From Aquifex aeolicus VF5 (GTDB lineage Bacteria; Aquificota; Aquificia; Aquificales; Aquificaceae): DNA of 32,000 nt. Each line of letters begins with the position of its first letter. Position 1 is the stretch's first letter. The notes beneath the pieces are model-generated. The model had not been told where the DNA came from and did not search any database. It worked only from the letters and a program-made list of their open reading frames with translations. Positions 7,947 to 16,459 of this stretch are shown here, one piece after another. Location: contig NC_000918.1 of the NCBI RefSeq assembly GCF_000008625.1, forward strand, positions 690,001 through 722,000. Reading direction: 5' to 3'. The position numbers were made by a program, and so were the translations under genes.

Positions 7947-10900
7947 ATTATGACCTTCACTCCCAGTTTTTCTATCTCCTCTACAACCTTTCTGTCAGCC
8001 TTTAGTTTCATATCTTGTGGGAGTGCTAAATCAACGAAGTAGTCTCCCAGATCAACCGTGAGAACCAAGTTGTATCCGTCCTCCGTCCTGTTGTTTTCAA
8101 TAATTCCCTTTAGTTTTTCGGCAACGCCGTTTAGGGCTTGCTCTCTTTTTAAGAATATATAAAGGGTATTCCTCATCTCCTTTGCGAACTCCTCAGGGGA
8201 GAAAACCTCTTTCACCACGAACTTGACATTTTCCGTTTCAAGGTCCTCGTCCAGAAAACCTTTGACTACCACTACTCTGTCCTCTTCTATCAGTTCCTTT
8301 GCCTCTTCGTAAACTCCCGGGAAGACGACACACTCTATTAGTCCCGTCTTGTCAACGAGGTTGAAGACCGCCATGTAATCTCCGTTTTTCGTCTTTTTTA
8401 CTTTGAGTTCCGTGATAACTCCTGTAAGCACCGCTTCGCTTTCCTTGTCCCACTCTTCTAAATCTTCAATGGGTGTGTAGCGGTTCTTGAGGAGCTTTTC
8501 GTAGTTGTCAAGGGGGTGCCCTGAAATGTAAAAACCGAGAACTTCCTTTTCAAGCTTTAAGGGGTCGAGTTCTTCCACTTCTTCTTTCGGTGCACCGAAA
8601 AGGGAGTTTTGTGTAGCCATTAATGCTTTTTCAGAGTTTGCCACTTTAGCGAGTAGTTCTTTCCTCTTTTTCTTAGTAAAGTCAAAAGCCCCTGCCTTTA
8701 CGAGTGCTTCCACGACTTTCTTGTTTATCTTCCTGTTCTTGGTTTTGTTTATGAAGTCCGCAAGCCCTTTGAACTGCTTATACTTCTTTCTAGCTTCAAC
8801 GATTATCTTAGCAGTTTCCTCTCCCACTCCCTTTATCCTCGCAAGCCCGAACCTTATCCTGTTTTCACCTTCTATCGTAAATCCTACATCACTCTTGTTT
8901 ATGTCGGGGGGAAGTATCTCAAATCCGAAGAGTTTAGCGTCTTTTATGAGGTTGAGGAACTTGTTGTCGTTCTTTTCAGTTGTGAGTTTTACCGCGAAGA
9001 ACTCCGCGGGATAGTGGGCTTTAACGTAGGCGGTCCAGTAGGAGATGTACCCGTAAGCTACCGAGTGAGACTTGTTGAAGGAGTAGGAAGCGAACTTCTC
9101 TATGTCTTCCCAGAGCTTCCTTATCTTTTCTTCAGGGTATCCCCTTTCCACCGCTCCCTGTATGAACTTGTCTTTCATCTGAGCCATTAAATCCGCTTTC
9201 TTCTTACCTATCGCCTTTCTGAGGGTATCCGCCTCTCCGGGAGTAAAGCCGGAAAGTATCTGAGACATCTTCATCACCTGTTCCTGATAAACGATTACTC
9301 CGTAGGTTTCCTTAAGGACGGGTTCAAGCTCCGGGAAGGGGTACTCAACGGGTTCTTTTCCGTGCTTTCTCTTAATGTATGTGTCAACGAGTCCGCTCTT
9401 TAGAGGTCCGGGTCTGTAGAGTGCGAGGACCGCAACGATGTCGTCAAAGCTGTCGGGCTTTAGTTTCTTCAGGAGTTCTTTCATTCCCCTGCTTTCGAGC
9501 TGGAACACTCCCGTGGTTTTTCCTTCCTGAAGGAGTTTGTAAACTTTCGGGTCGTCAAGGGGAAGTTCAAGGAAGTTTATATCCACTCCGTGTCTTTCCT
9601 TTATGAGTTCTTTCATGAGTTTCAGTTCTGTGAGGGTTTTGAGTCCGAGGAAGTCCATCTTCAGGAGACCGAGTTCTTCGAGCTGAACCATGTCGTACTG
9701 GGTTGCGACTTCGCCCTCTTTATCGTAGTAGAGGGGAACGAGCTCGCTCAAGGGCTTTGGTGCTATAACCACTCCCGCGGCGTGGAGGGAGGTGTGTCTC
9801 GTGAGACCTTCAAGCTTCAGGGCCGTCTCAACGAGCTGTTTTATCTCCGGACTTTCTTCGCATATCTGTCTGAACTTCTTTACGTTGTCCTCTATGTCCG
9901 TTCTGTGTTCTCCGTACTTCTGAAGGAGTTCCTCCACAGGCGTTTTGTACATCTCTTCCAGACTGAGCCACGTTCCCTGAACGTCCCCCTGAGGAATGAG
10001 TTTTGCGAGTTTGTCCGCGGTGGAGTAGGGGAGTCCCATGGCCCTTGCGACGTCTCTCAGTGTTTGCTTCGCCTTCATTACGTTGTAGGTGATTATCTGA
10101 GCTACGTTGTCGTGTCCGTACTTGTTCCTTACGTACTCTATGACCTTTTCCCTGTTGTCCTGACAGAAATCCACGTCTATATCCGGCATGGAAACCCTTT
10201 CGGGGTTTAAGAACCTCTCAAAAAGGAATCCGTGCTTTATAGGGTCAACGTCCGTTATTCCGATGGCGTATGCGACGAGGGAACCTCCAGCACTTCCCCT
10301 TCCGGGTCCAACAGGTATGTCGTTTTTCTTAGCCCAGTTTATGAAGTCCTGAACTATCAAGAAGTATCCCGCAAAGCCCATTTTGTTTATAACTTCCAGT
10401 TCGTACTCGAGCCTCTCCCAGTACTCTTTAGTATCCTTAGCTTGTCCCCTTTCTATCCTCTGTCTTAAACCTTTGTACGCGAGTTCTCTGAGGTATTCCT
10501 CAAGGGTTTTGTCGGGCGGAACGTCGTACTTGGGAAGGAGGTAGGTGGAGTTTTCAAATATCTCAAAGCTGTCCGCTGTCTTTTCCATTACCTCGAGAGT
10601 GTTCAGGAGTGCCTTTTCCCAGCCTTCGAACTTACCTTCAAACTTTTTCCACATGTACTCGGGTGGAGCAAAGTGAAGGTCTTCGTTTGAACACTTGAAG
10701 TTTCCCGAACTCAGTTCGTGAATGGTCTTTTTCATTTGAAGTGCCATAAGAACCGTGTGGGCGTACCTGTCTTCGGGATTGAGGTAGTGGGCGTCCTGCG
10801 TCGCTATGAGTTTCACATCGTACTTTTTGGCTATCTCTATTAAGTTCCTGTTTGCCACTTCCTGTTCTGGAATGTTGTTCGCTTGAAGTTCTAAATAAAG

Positions 10901-11428
10901 GTCATCTCCGAATATATCCTTGAACTTCTTTACCCATTCCTCCGCCTTTTTCACTTCGTTTATAGAAGCGTAGTAGGTGGGAACACCTTTCAGGCATGCG
11001 GTAAGGGCTATTAGGCCCTCCCCGTACTTTTCAAGGAGTTCGTAATCAATTCTGGGTTTGTAGTAAAAACCTTCTTTGTAGGCGAGGGTTGAGAGCTTCA
11101 TTAAGTTCTTTAGACCTTTGTCGTCCTTTGCTATAAGTATGAGGTGGTGGTTGTACTTGTCGGTTATGTTGTCCTCGCTCGTTTTAGTCTTTCTGTCAAA
11201 CCTCGAACCCGTGGTAAAGTAGGCTTCCATGCCGATTATGGGCTTAATTCCTTCCGCCTTCAGGGCTTTGTAGAATTTATACGAACCGAAGAGGTTTCCG
11301 TGGTCTGACATTCCGACAGCTTTGTATCCATACTCCTTTGCCTTTTTCACGAGCTCGTCTATCTTTATAGCCCCGTCCAGGAGTGAGAACTGGGTGTGCA
11401 GGTGAAGGTGGACGAAATCCTTACTCAT
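7943..11428 (-). CDS. dnaE: DNA polymerase III alpha subunit
   Basis: 1161 aa; PHP domain start FVHLHLHTQFSLLDGA; GPGRGSAGGSLVAYAIGITDVDP; PDIDVDFCQDNREKVIEYV; YQEQVMKMSQILSGFT. No intein seen. Confidence 0.98.
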   Translation of the reverse strand: MSKDFVHLHLHTQFSLLDGAIKIDELVKKAKEYGYKAVGMSDHGNLFGSYKFYKALKAEGIKPIIGMEAYFTTGSRFDRKTKTSEDNITDKYNHHLILIAKDDKGLKNLMKLSTLAYKEGFYYKPRIDYELLEKYGEGLIALTACLKGVPTYYASINEVKKAEEWVKKFKDIFGDDLYLELQANNIPEQEVANRNLIEIAKKYDVKLIATQDAHYLNPEDRYAHTVLMALQMKKTIHELSSGNFKCSNEDLHFAPPEYMWKKFEGKFEGWEKALLNTLEVMEKTADSFEIFENSTYLLPKYDVPPDKTLEEYLRELAYKGLRQRIERGQAKDTKEYWERLEYELEVINKMGFAGYFLIVQDFINWAKKNDIPVGPGRGSAGGSLVAYAIGITDVDPIKHGFLFERFLNPERVSMPDIDVDFCQDNREKVIEYVRNKYGHDNVAQIITYNVMKAKQTLRDVARAMGLPYSTADKLAKLIPQGDVQGTWLSLEEMYKTPVEELLQKYGEHRTDIEDNVKKFRQICEESPEIKQLVETALKLEGLTRHTSLHAAGVVIAPKPLSELVPLYYDKEGEVATQYDMVQLEELGLLKMDFLGLKTLTELKLMKELIKERHGVDINFLELPLDDPKVYKLLQEGKTTGVFQLESRGMKELLKKLKPDSFDDIVAVLALYRPGPLKSGLVDTYIKRKHGKEPVEYPFPELEPVLKETYGVIVYQEQVMKMSQILSGFTPGEADTLRKAIGKKKADLMAQMKDKFIQGAVERGYPEEKIRKLWEDIEKFASYSFNKSHSVAYGYISYWTAYVKAHYPAEFFAVKLTTEKNDNKFLNLIKDAKLFGFEILPPDINKSDVGFTIEGENRIRFGLARIKGVGEETAKIIVEARKKYKQFKGLADFINKTKNRKINKKVVEALVKAGAFDFTKKKRKELLAKVANSEKALMATQNSLFGAPKEEVEELDPLKLEKEVLGFYISGHPLDNYEKLLKNRYTPIEDLEEWDKESEAVLTGVITELKVKKTKNGDYMAVFNLVDKTGLIECVVFPGVYEEAKELIEEDRVVVVKGFLDEDLETENVKFVVKEVFSPEEFAKEMRNTLYIFLKREQALNGVAEKLKGIIENNRTEDGYNLVLTVDLGDYFVDLALPQDMKLKADRKVVEEIEKLGVKVII

Positions 11429-11439
11429 AAATCTAAATT

Positions 11440-12180
11440 TTAAACTCCCGACCCCGCTATGTGCCTCCCACCGTCCACGCAGATTATTTCTCCGGTGATA
11501 CTTTCCGTTTCCAAAAGAAGGAGCGTTGTGCTTACCACGTCTTTAACGGAAACTTCCCTTCTCAGGGGCGTTCTCGCGAGTATCTTTTTCCACTCCTCCT
11601 CCGAGTAGTTTTCCGCCTTCATCACGGGACCGGGAGCAACGCAATTCACGAGAACGTGAGGTGCAAACTCCTTTGCCAGAACCTTTACCGCTGTGTGAAG
11701 GGCTCCTTTGGCGATAAAGTAAGCACTGAAACCCTTATAAGGGGATATGTTTGTAGCCCAATCGCCGAAGGCAACTATCCTTCCCTTTACGTTTCCTTCA
11801 TTTTTGAGCATAACTTTATAACACTCCACAGAGATAAAGAAGAAAGCTTCCGCTATGGGTATGAAGTGATAGTAAAGATCCTCCCGCGTTGTTTCTGTGA
11901 GCTCTTTTCTCTCATAGGGTGAGGCGAGGTGAACGAAGGCGTCTATCCTGCCGAACTCCTCGTAAGTTCCTTTTACAAGTTTTTCATAGTCCCCGTACGC
12001 GCACAGATCTGCCCGAAATCCCTTTACCTTAACTCCTTTTCCCTTTGCATACTCGGTCAGTTCCTCCACCGCTTCTCTGCTTGACCTGTATACGACGCTC
12101 AGGGAATAACCTTTATCTATCAAAGCTTTAGCAACTTCCTTTCCTATCCTCCTTACACCTGTGATTAAGGCAACGTTCAT
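11440..12180 (-). CDS. Short-chain dehydrogenase/reductase (FabG-like)
   Basis: MNVALITGVRRIGKEVAKALIDKG start at 12180 is better than the ORF-track start at 12204; YFIAKGALHTAVKVLAKEFAP and NCVAPGPVM are SDR motifs. Confidence 0.9.
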   Translation of the reverse strand: MNVALITGVRRIGKEVAKALIDKGYSLSVVYRSSREAVEELTEYAKGKGVKVKGFRADLCAYGDYEKLVKGTYEEFGRIDAFVHLASPYERKELTETTREDLYYHFIPIAEAFFFISVECYKVMLKNEGNVKGRIVAFGDWATNISPYKGFSAYFIAKGALHTAVKVLAKEFAPHVLVNCVAPGPVMKAENYSEEEWKKILARTPLRREVSVKDVVSTTLLLLETESITGEIICVDGGRHIAGSGV

Positions 12181-12202
12181 GAAAGAAACTATAATATCTT
12201 CC

Positions 12203-12643
12203 ATGGAGAAGTTTATTCAAAAATTTTTTGAAGAGCTTTACTTAATTCTTTTTGACTACGCTCTTAAGATAGCTCAAAATCCAATAGATGAGCTTTTAAT
12301 ATTTGGAAGTATAGCAATTGCCTACACGGTAATTTACATATCGGGTCTATTCTTTGCAAGAAAGATAAATCTACCCTACATAAGGAAAATCCTTGAAATA
12401 GGTATTAGCGTCATATTTTACTTCTTAGTTTCTCTTTTGGAAGGGAAATTCCCCCAGGTAGAAAGCCTGCTACTATTAAAAACGCTCTTTCTAGTTCAAA
12501 CAATTCGTGTATTCATCCTTTCCCTTGAGGCTTTTCAGGCTTTTGGATTTACTACCAAGCTTTTAATAAACATTTTTTCTATCCTCGGCGGTATTTCCTT
12601 TTTCATTATAAAACTGTCTCCCTTTACAAGAAGAAAAATATAA
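12203..12643 (+). CDS. Small integral membrane protein, unknown function
   Basis: 146 aa from ATG 12203, multiple hydrophobic stretches; ends 11 nt before the MscS gene on the same strand. Confidence 0.7.
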   Translation: MEKFIQKFFEELYLILFDYALKIAQNPIDELLIFGSIAIAYTVIYISGLFFARKINLPYIRKILEIGISVIFYFLVSLLEGKFPQVESLLLLKTLFLVQTIRVFILSLEAFQAFGFTTKLLINIFSILGGISFFIIKLSPFTRRKI

Positions 12644-12654
12644 AGTTTCTGCTA

Positions 12655-13965
12655 TTGAGTAAAACGTTTACGTTCCTCTACAAATTCTCTATTGCCCTGC
12701 TTTTGTGGATATTCTTAAGGACCCTTTTTAAAGTCGCGATTAAAAGGTTTAAAGGTAGCGGTTTTGAATCCGTGCTTAATTCCCTCTGGTTTGTTTTGAG
12801 TGCGTCTTACGTGGCGTTTACAGGCGCATGGATACTGAATCTCGTTAAGTTCTCCGTGGACTTTATAGTAGACGTTGCGGTATTTTTCGTAATTTTCTTG
12901 GTCTACGCTGCGGTATTCGGTTACTCGGTTTATCTGATAGGTAAATTCTTCGGCGACACGGACGGTTACGAGAATCTCCTGAAGAGCTTTAAAAAGTTCG
13001 CTTATATGTTTTCCATATACATACTCTACAAAAGCCTTATCTACTTGACGAACATTGAAGTCCTCGTAAAGAAGCTTGAAAGAATATACATACTTGAGAC
13101 GGAACTCGTTAAGATTTCTCTCTTTTCCTTTGTGGAAGGGATATACGTCTTCTTTGTTCTGAAGTACTTCTTTGAAACACTCGGAAACCTTTTCTACGTT
13201 GTGTATATGAAAAAGGACCAAGAAGTAGAAGCGGGTTCCTTTAGAACAATTACCGTAAACCTCGGTTTACTCCTTTCTCTCCTGATAGCGGGTGTGAGTA
13301 TAGGGATTACGTGGAAAGCTGCTGTTCCCATAGCGGGCGCCCTCGGCATAGGTTTGGGTTTTGGACTTCAGACCATTTTCAACAACTACGTCAGCGGGTT
13401 TATACTCCTCCTTAGCAAAAACATAAAAGTGGGTGATTACATAGAAATTGAAGGAAAGGCCGGCGCCGCTGTAGGAGCTGGAGGAGACACGATTTTCGGA
13501 AGAGTAGTCAGTATAAATATCCTTACAACCATTGTAAGGACTTGGGACAACGTGGAAGTCGCCATACCAAACTCCGAATTCCTGTCGAGCAAAATAGTCA
13601 ATTACTCTATGACTAACCCAATAGTGAGGGTCAGGATTCCCTTCGGAGTTGCTTACTCTTCGGACCCAGAAAAGGTAAGGGAAGTGCTAATAAGAGTGGC
13701 AAAGAGGATGCCCCACGTACTGCCATCTCCTGAACCGGACGTCTGGTTCCACGAAATGGGAGACAGTGCACTTATATTTATCCTGCTCGTATGGGTGGAC
13801 CTGAGGAGGTTAAGGCGACTGAAAGCTTTAAAGAGTTCCATTTATTATGAGGCGTGGAAGGAACTAAAAAAAGAGGGAATAGAAATACCGTTCCCGCAAA
13901 GGGACGTGTGGTTCAGGAACAAACTGAAGGTAGAGATAGAGAAAGACATCAAGCCCGAGCAGTGA
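12655..13965 (+). CDS. MscS-family mechanosensitive channel
   Basis: 436 aa, TTG start; ALGIGLGFGLQTIFNNYVSGFILLLSKNIKVGDYIEIEG...GRVVSINILTTIVRTWDNVEVAIPNSEFLSS is the MscS core. Confidence 0.94.
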   Translation: MSKTFTFLYKFSIALLLWIFLRTLFKVAIKRFKGSGFESVLNSLWFVLSASYVAFTGAWILNLVKFSVDFIVDVAVFFVIFLVYAAVFGYSVYLIGKFFGDTDGYENLLKSFKKFAYMFSIYILYKSLIYLTNIEVLVKKLERIYILETELVKISLFSFVEGIYVFFVLKYFFETLGNLFYVVYMKKDQEVEAGSFRTITVNLGLLLSLLIAGVSIGITWKAAVPIAGALGIGLGFGLQTIFNNYVSGFILLLSKNIKVGDYIEIEGKAGAAVGAGGDTIFGRVVSINILTTIVRTWDNVEVAIPNSEFLSSKIVNYSMTNPIVRVRIPFGVAYSSDPEKVREVLIRVAKRMPHVLPSPEPDVWFHEMGDSALIFILLVWVDLRRLRRLKALKSSIYYEAWKELKKEGIEIPFPQRDVWFRNKLKVEIEKDIKPEQ

Positions 13966-15178
13966 GCTCTTCTTCCTTTTCTACTTCTACGATAAGGTAA
14001 ACCTTGTCCCCTTCCCTTACCTTATCTACCGTTTTCAAACCTATAACGCTTCCCTTTTGAGCCACTTCGACAGGCTTTCCGTCTATTTGCATGCTTTCAA
14101 CTTTCTGCCTAACTACTCCCGTTTTCTTGCCTATTATGTGTATCGTGTCTCCGAGTCTCAGGTCTCCCGCTTCAAGTTTTACCTCTGCAACGCTTATCCT
14201 CGGGTAGAACTTCTGAACCTTTCCGACGTAAACCTTTTTCTCCTTAGCCACGCTCTCGTTAACGCCGAAGCTCGCCTTTCCGAAGTAAAAACCGCTGTCC
14301 CACTCCCTGTGGTAAACTCTGCTCACCATGTCTATGAGTTCCTGTCTGAGTTTCTCGTTAAAGCTTCCTTCAAGGAGGGCGTCCCTTGCGGTTCTGTAAG
14401 CTTTAGTAACCATGTAAACGTAGTCCGGATTTTTGCTCCTTCCCTCTATCTTCCACGCGTCTAAAAACATAAGGTGCTCTATTATGTCAAGGGTCATCAA
14501 ATCCCTTGCGGAAAGGACATAATCCTCTCCGAGAACGTACTCAGCACCTTTTGCGTTAGGATTGAGGTCTCTTATTACTACCTGAAACTCGTGCCTGCAC
14601 ACTTGATAACACTCTCCCCTGTTTCCGGACTTTTTGAATACTTCGTGACTTAGGAAACACCTTCCCGATATAGCCATACACATAGCACCGTGGACAAAAG
14701 CCTCAATTTCAAGGTTTGTGTTTCGCTTTAGCCTTTTTAATTGCTCGAGGTTTAACTCCTTTGCGGGGACAATCCTCTTTATCCCGAGGTTCTCAAAGAA
14801 CTTCGCACTTACCGAGTTCGCTATGCCCGTCATAACGGAAGCGTGAGTCTCTATTCCCATCTCAAGGGATTTGGTCATAACCGCAAAGTCCCAGGCTATT
14901 ACTGCGTCTATACCGCTCTCTTTTACTCTGTGGAGAACTTCCTCAACGTAGGGTATGTCCTCGTCAAAGACTATGGAGTTCAGGGTGAGGTAAGCCCTCG
15001 CTCCGTGCTCCGCACAAAACTCCTTTATCTCCCCAAGCTCATCCATGGAAAAGTTTTTCTTCAGGGAACGCTGGTTTAATTTATCAAGACCGAAGTAAAC
15101 CGCTTCCGCTCCGGCTTTCAAGGCTGCGGATAAGCCTTCCCAGTTTCCCGCGGGTGCCAAAATCTCAGGTTTTCTCAT
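13949..15178 (-). CDS. Peptidase family U32 / TrhP-like protein
   Basis: 409 aa; KPEILAPAGNWEGLSAALKAGAEAVYFG, EAFVHGAMCMAISGRCFLS and GECYQVCRHEF are U32 signatures. Confidence 0.94.
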   Translation of the reverse strand: MRKPEILAPAGNWEGLSAALKAGAEAVYFGLDKLNQRSLKKNFSMDELGEIKEFCAEHGARAYLTLNSIVFDEDIPYVEEVLHRVKESGIDAVIAWDFAVMTKSLEMGIETHASVMTGIANSVSAKFFENLGIKRIVPAKELNLEQLKRLKRNTNLEIEAFVHGAMCMAISGRCFLSHEVFKKSGNRGECYQVCRHEFQVVIRDLNPNAKGAEYVLGEDYVLSARDLMTLDIIEHLMFLDAWKIEGRSKNPDYVYMVTKAYRTARDALLEGSFNEKLRQELIDMVSRVYHREWDSGFYFGKASFGVNESVAKEKKVYVGKVQKFYPRISVAEVKLEAGDLRLGDTIHIIGKKTGVVRQKVESMQIDGKPVEVAQKGSVIGLKTVDKVREGDKVYLIVEVEKEEELTARA

Positions 15179-15218
15179 GGCACAAAATATTAAACTCTCT
15201 CAAAGCCCTTGACTATGA

Positions 15219-15254
15219 TTAAATTTTAAGTAAAATTTAACTTATAAGTTAAAT
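15219..15254. promoter_or_regulatory. Two overlapping palindromes immediately before the toxin start; candidate TA autoregulatory operator
   Basis: TTAAATTTTA-AG-TAAAATTTAA (15219-15240) and perfect 20-bp ATTTAACTTATAAGTTAAAT (15235-15254), ending one base before GTG 15255. Confidence 0.6.
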
Positions 15255-15662
15255 GTGGATACGAAGAACTTTTACAGGTTGGATGATGGAAGCGGTAAGT
15301 ACGAGCTATGGATATGGAAAGGTTTCGATGAACAGTTTGAAAAAGTTACAAAGGGAGACACTAAAAGTCGGAAGAAAATTCTTACATGGATTGAAAGACT
15401 GTCACATGGAATTCCTACACAACCTGAAAAGGCAAAAGTGCTTAAGGGAAATGCGTGTAAAGGGTTATCAGGTCCAGTAATGGAGCTCAAACCTAAACCT
15501 TACAGAGTTTCATTTATTTGTTTGTGTAATAAGTACATCTTAGTAGGCACTATATGGAGGAAAAGAGCTAATTCAAGGGATAGTTCGGAAATAGACAAAG
15601 CTTGTAAATTGATGAAGGAACTTGTGGAGATGTTTTTAAAGGAGGCCGGTACATGCTGTTAA
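15255..15662 (+). CDS. RelE/HigB (Gp49-like) toxin, putative
   Basis: 135 aa, GTG start; C-terminal half VMELKPKPYRVSFICLCNKYILVGTIWRKRANSRDSSEIDKACKLMKE resembles HigB/phage Gp49 toxins; overlaps an HTH gene by 10 nt. Confidence 0.72.
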   Translation: MDTKNFYRLDDGSGKYELWIWKGFDEQFEKVTKGDTKSRKKILTWIERLSHGIPTQPEKAKVLKGNACKGLSGPVMELKPKPYRVSFICLCNKYILVGTIWRKRANSRDSSEIDKACKLMKELVEMFLKEAGTCC

Positions 15663-16033
15663 GGACGTTGAAGAAAAACTTACAGGGTAACGCTGATTAC
15701 ATATACGAAAAATTGAAGTTTGATATTTCGGAAGAGCTTGCAAAACTTATGAAACAGAAAGGTATTACGAAGAAAGAATTGGCACATAGAATGGGCGTAT
15801 CACCTGCATACGTTACTAAAATATTTAGTGCGGAAAATATCTCACTTAAGGTTATAGCAAAGGTACTTTCCGCTTTGGAAGCAGATAATTACACCCTAAA
15901 GTTAATTCCTGAAGATAAAAGCTTACTAATAGATGAACTGGATAAATGGTACTATAGCTTTAAAAAGACTTACAGATATATACAACCAGAGGAGATAGAA
16001 AATGAAATTAAAGAAATCCCCACTGCAGCTTAA
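15653..16033 (+). CDS. HigA-like Xre/Cro helix-turn-helix antitoxin
   Basis: 126 aa; ISEELAKLMKQKGITKKELAHRMGVSPAYVTKIFSAENISLKVIAKVLSALEA is an HTH_3-type domain; aromatic C-terminal tail DKWYYSFKKTYRYI. Confidence 0.85.
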   Translation: MLLRTLKKNLQGNADYIYEKLKFDISEELAKLMKQKGITKKELAHRMGVSPAYVTKIFSAENISLKVIAKVLSALEADNYTLKLIPEDKSLLIDELDKWYYSFKKTYRYIQPEEIENEIKEIPTAA

Positions 16034-16459
16034 AACTGTGAAAATAGTTCTTTTCACATAGATTGGGATTTAGAAAACATAAACGTAAGGGAAATTAACC
16101 CTCAAGAATACGTTGTTGATTTAGATTTTGATATATTTAGCGTTCAGGGGAAAAATACTTCCAATAATCTTTTTCTTATAGAGCTCCTTATAAAGATAAA
16201 TTATTCAAAAAGAAAAGAAAAGAAATTCCCTTTCAAAGCTAAGTTGAAGCTTAAAGCGTTATTTGATTTTATAGAAGATGTAGATGAAAGCAAAAAAACG
16301 CAGTATTTGTTATACAACGGCCTATCCATACTGTACAGTTTTGTGAGAGGGTATCTATTTGAAAAGCTCGATTTACTTGTTCCTGATCACAGGATAATTC
16401 CCACAGTAAACCTTTTAGATTTGATTCAGAAGAAGGCAAATGTAAAATCAAAATTATGA
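16034..16459 (+). other. SecB-like chaperone coding frame without canonical upstream start (ORF track shows only the last 71 codons from TTG 16244)
   Basis: Frame open for 141 codons straight after the antitoxin TAA, same frame. Reads ...HIDWDLENINVREINPQEYVVDLDFDIFSVQGKNTSNNLFLIELLIKINYSKRKEKKFPFKAKLKLKALFDFIEDVDESKKTQYLLYNGLSILYSFVRGYLFEKLDLLVPDHRIIPTVNLLDLI; the NGxxILYxxVRxYL and alternating beta-strand pattern look SecB-like. Confidence 0.6.

Noticed and set aside
9590-10210. 206-aa plus-strand ORF and several others opposite dnaE (8721-9014, 9379-9606, 10232-10468)
   Set aside because: Antisense shadows of the confidently identified dnaE; low-complexity composition typical of opposite-strand frames.
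7943-11428. Possible intein in dnaE
   Set aside because: The 1161-aa translation runs through the polymerase motifs without an obvious intein insertion or HINT-like block.
12715-13221. 168-aa minus ORF opposite the MscS gene
   Set aside because: Antisense to a conserved channel gene, no recognisable motif or ribosome-binding site.
15253-15480. ORF starting at ATG 15253 overlapping the toxin
   Set aside because: The overlapping frame from GTG 15255 encodes the longer toxin-like protein that overlaps the antitoxin by 10 nt; the ATG frame has no recognisable content.
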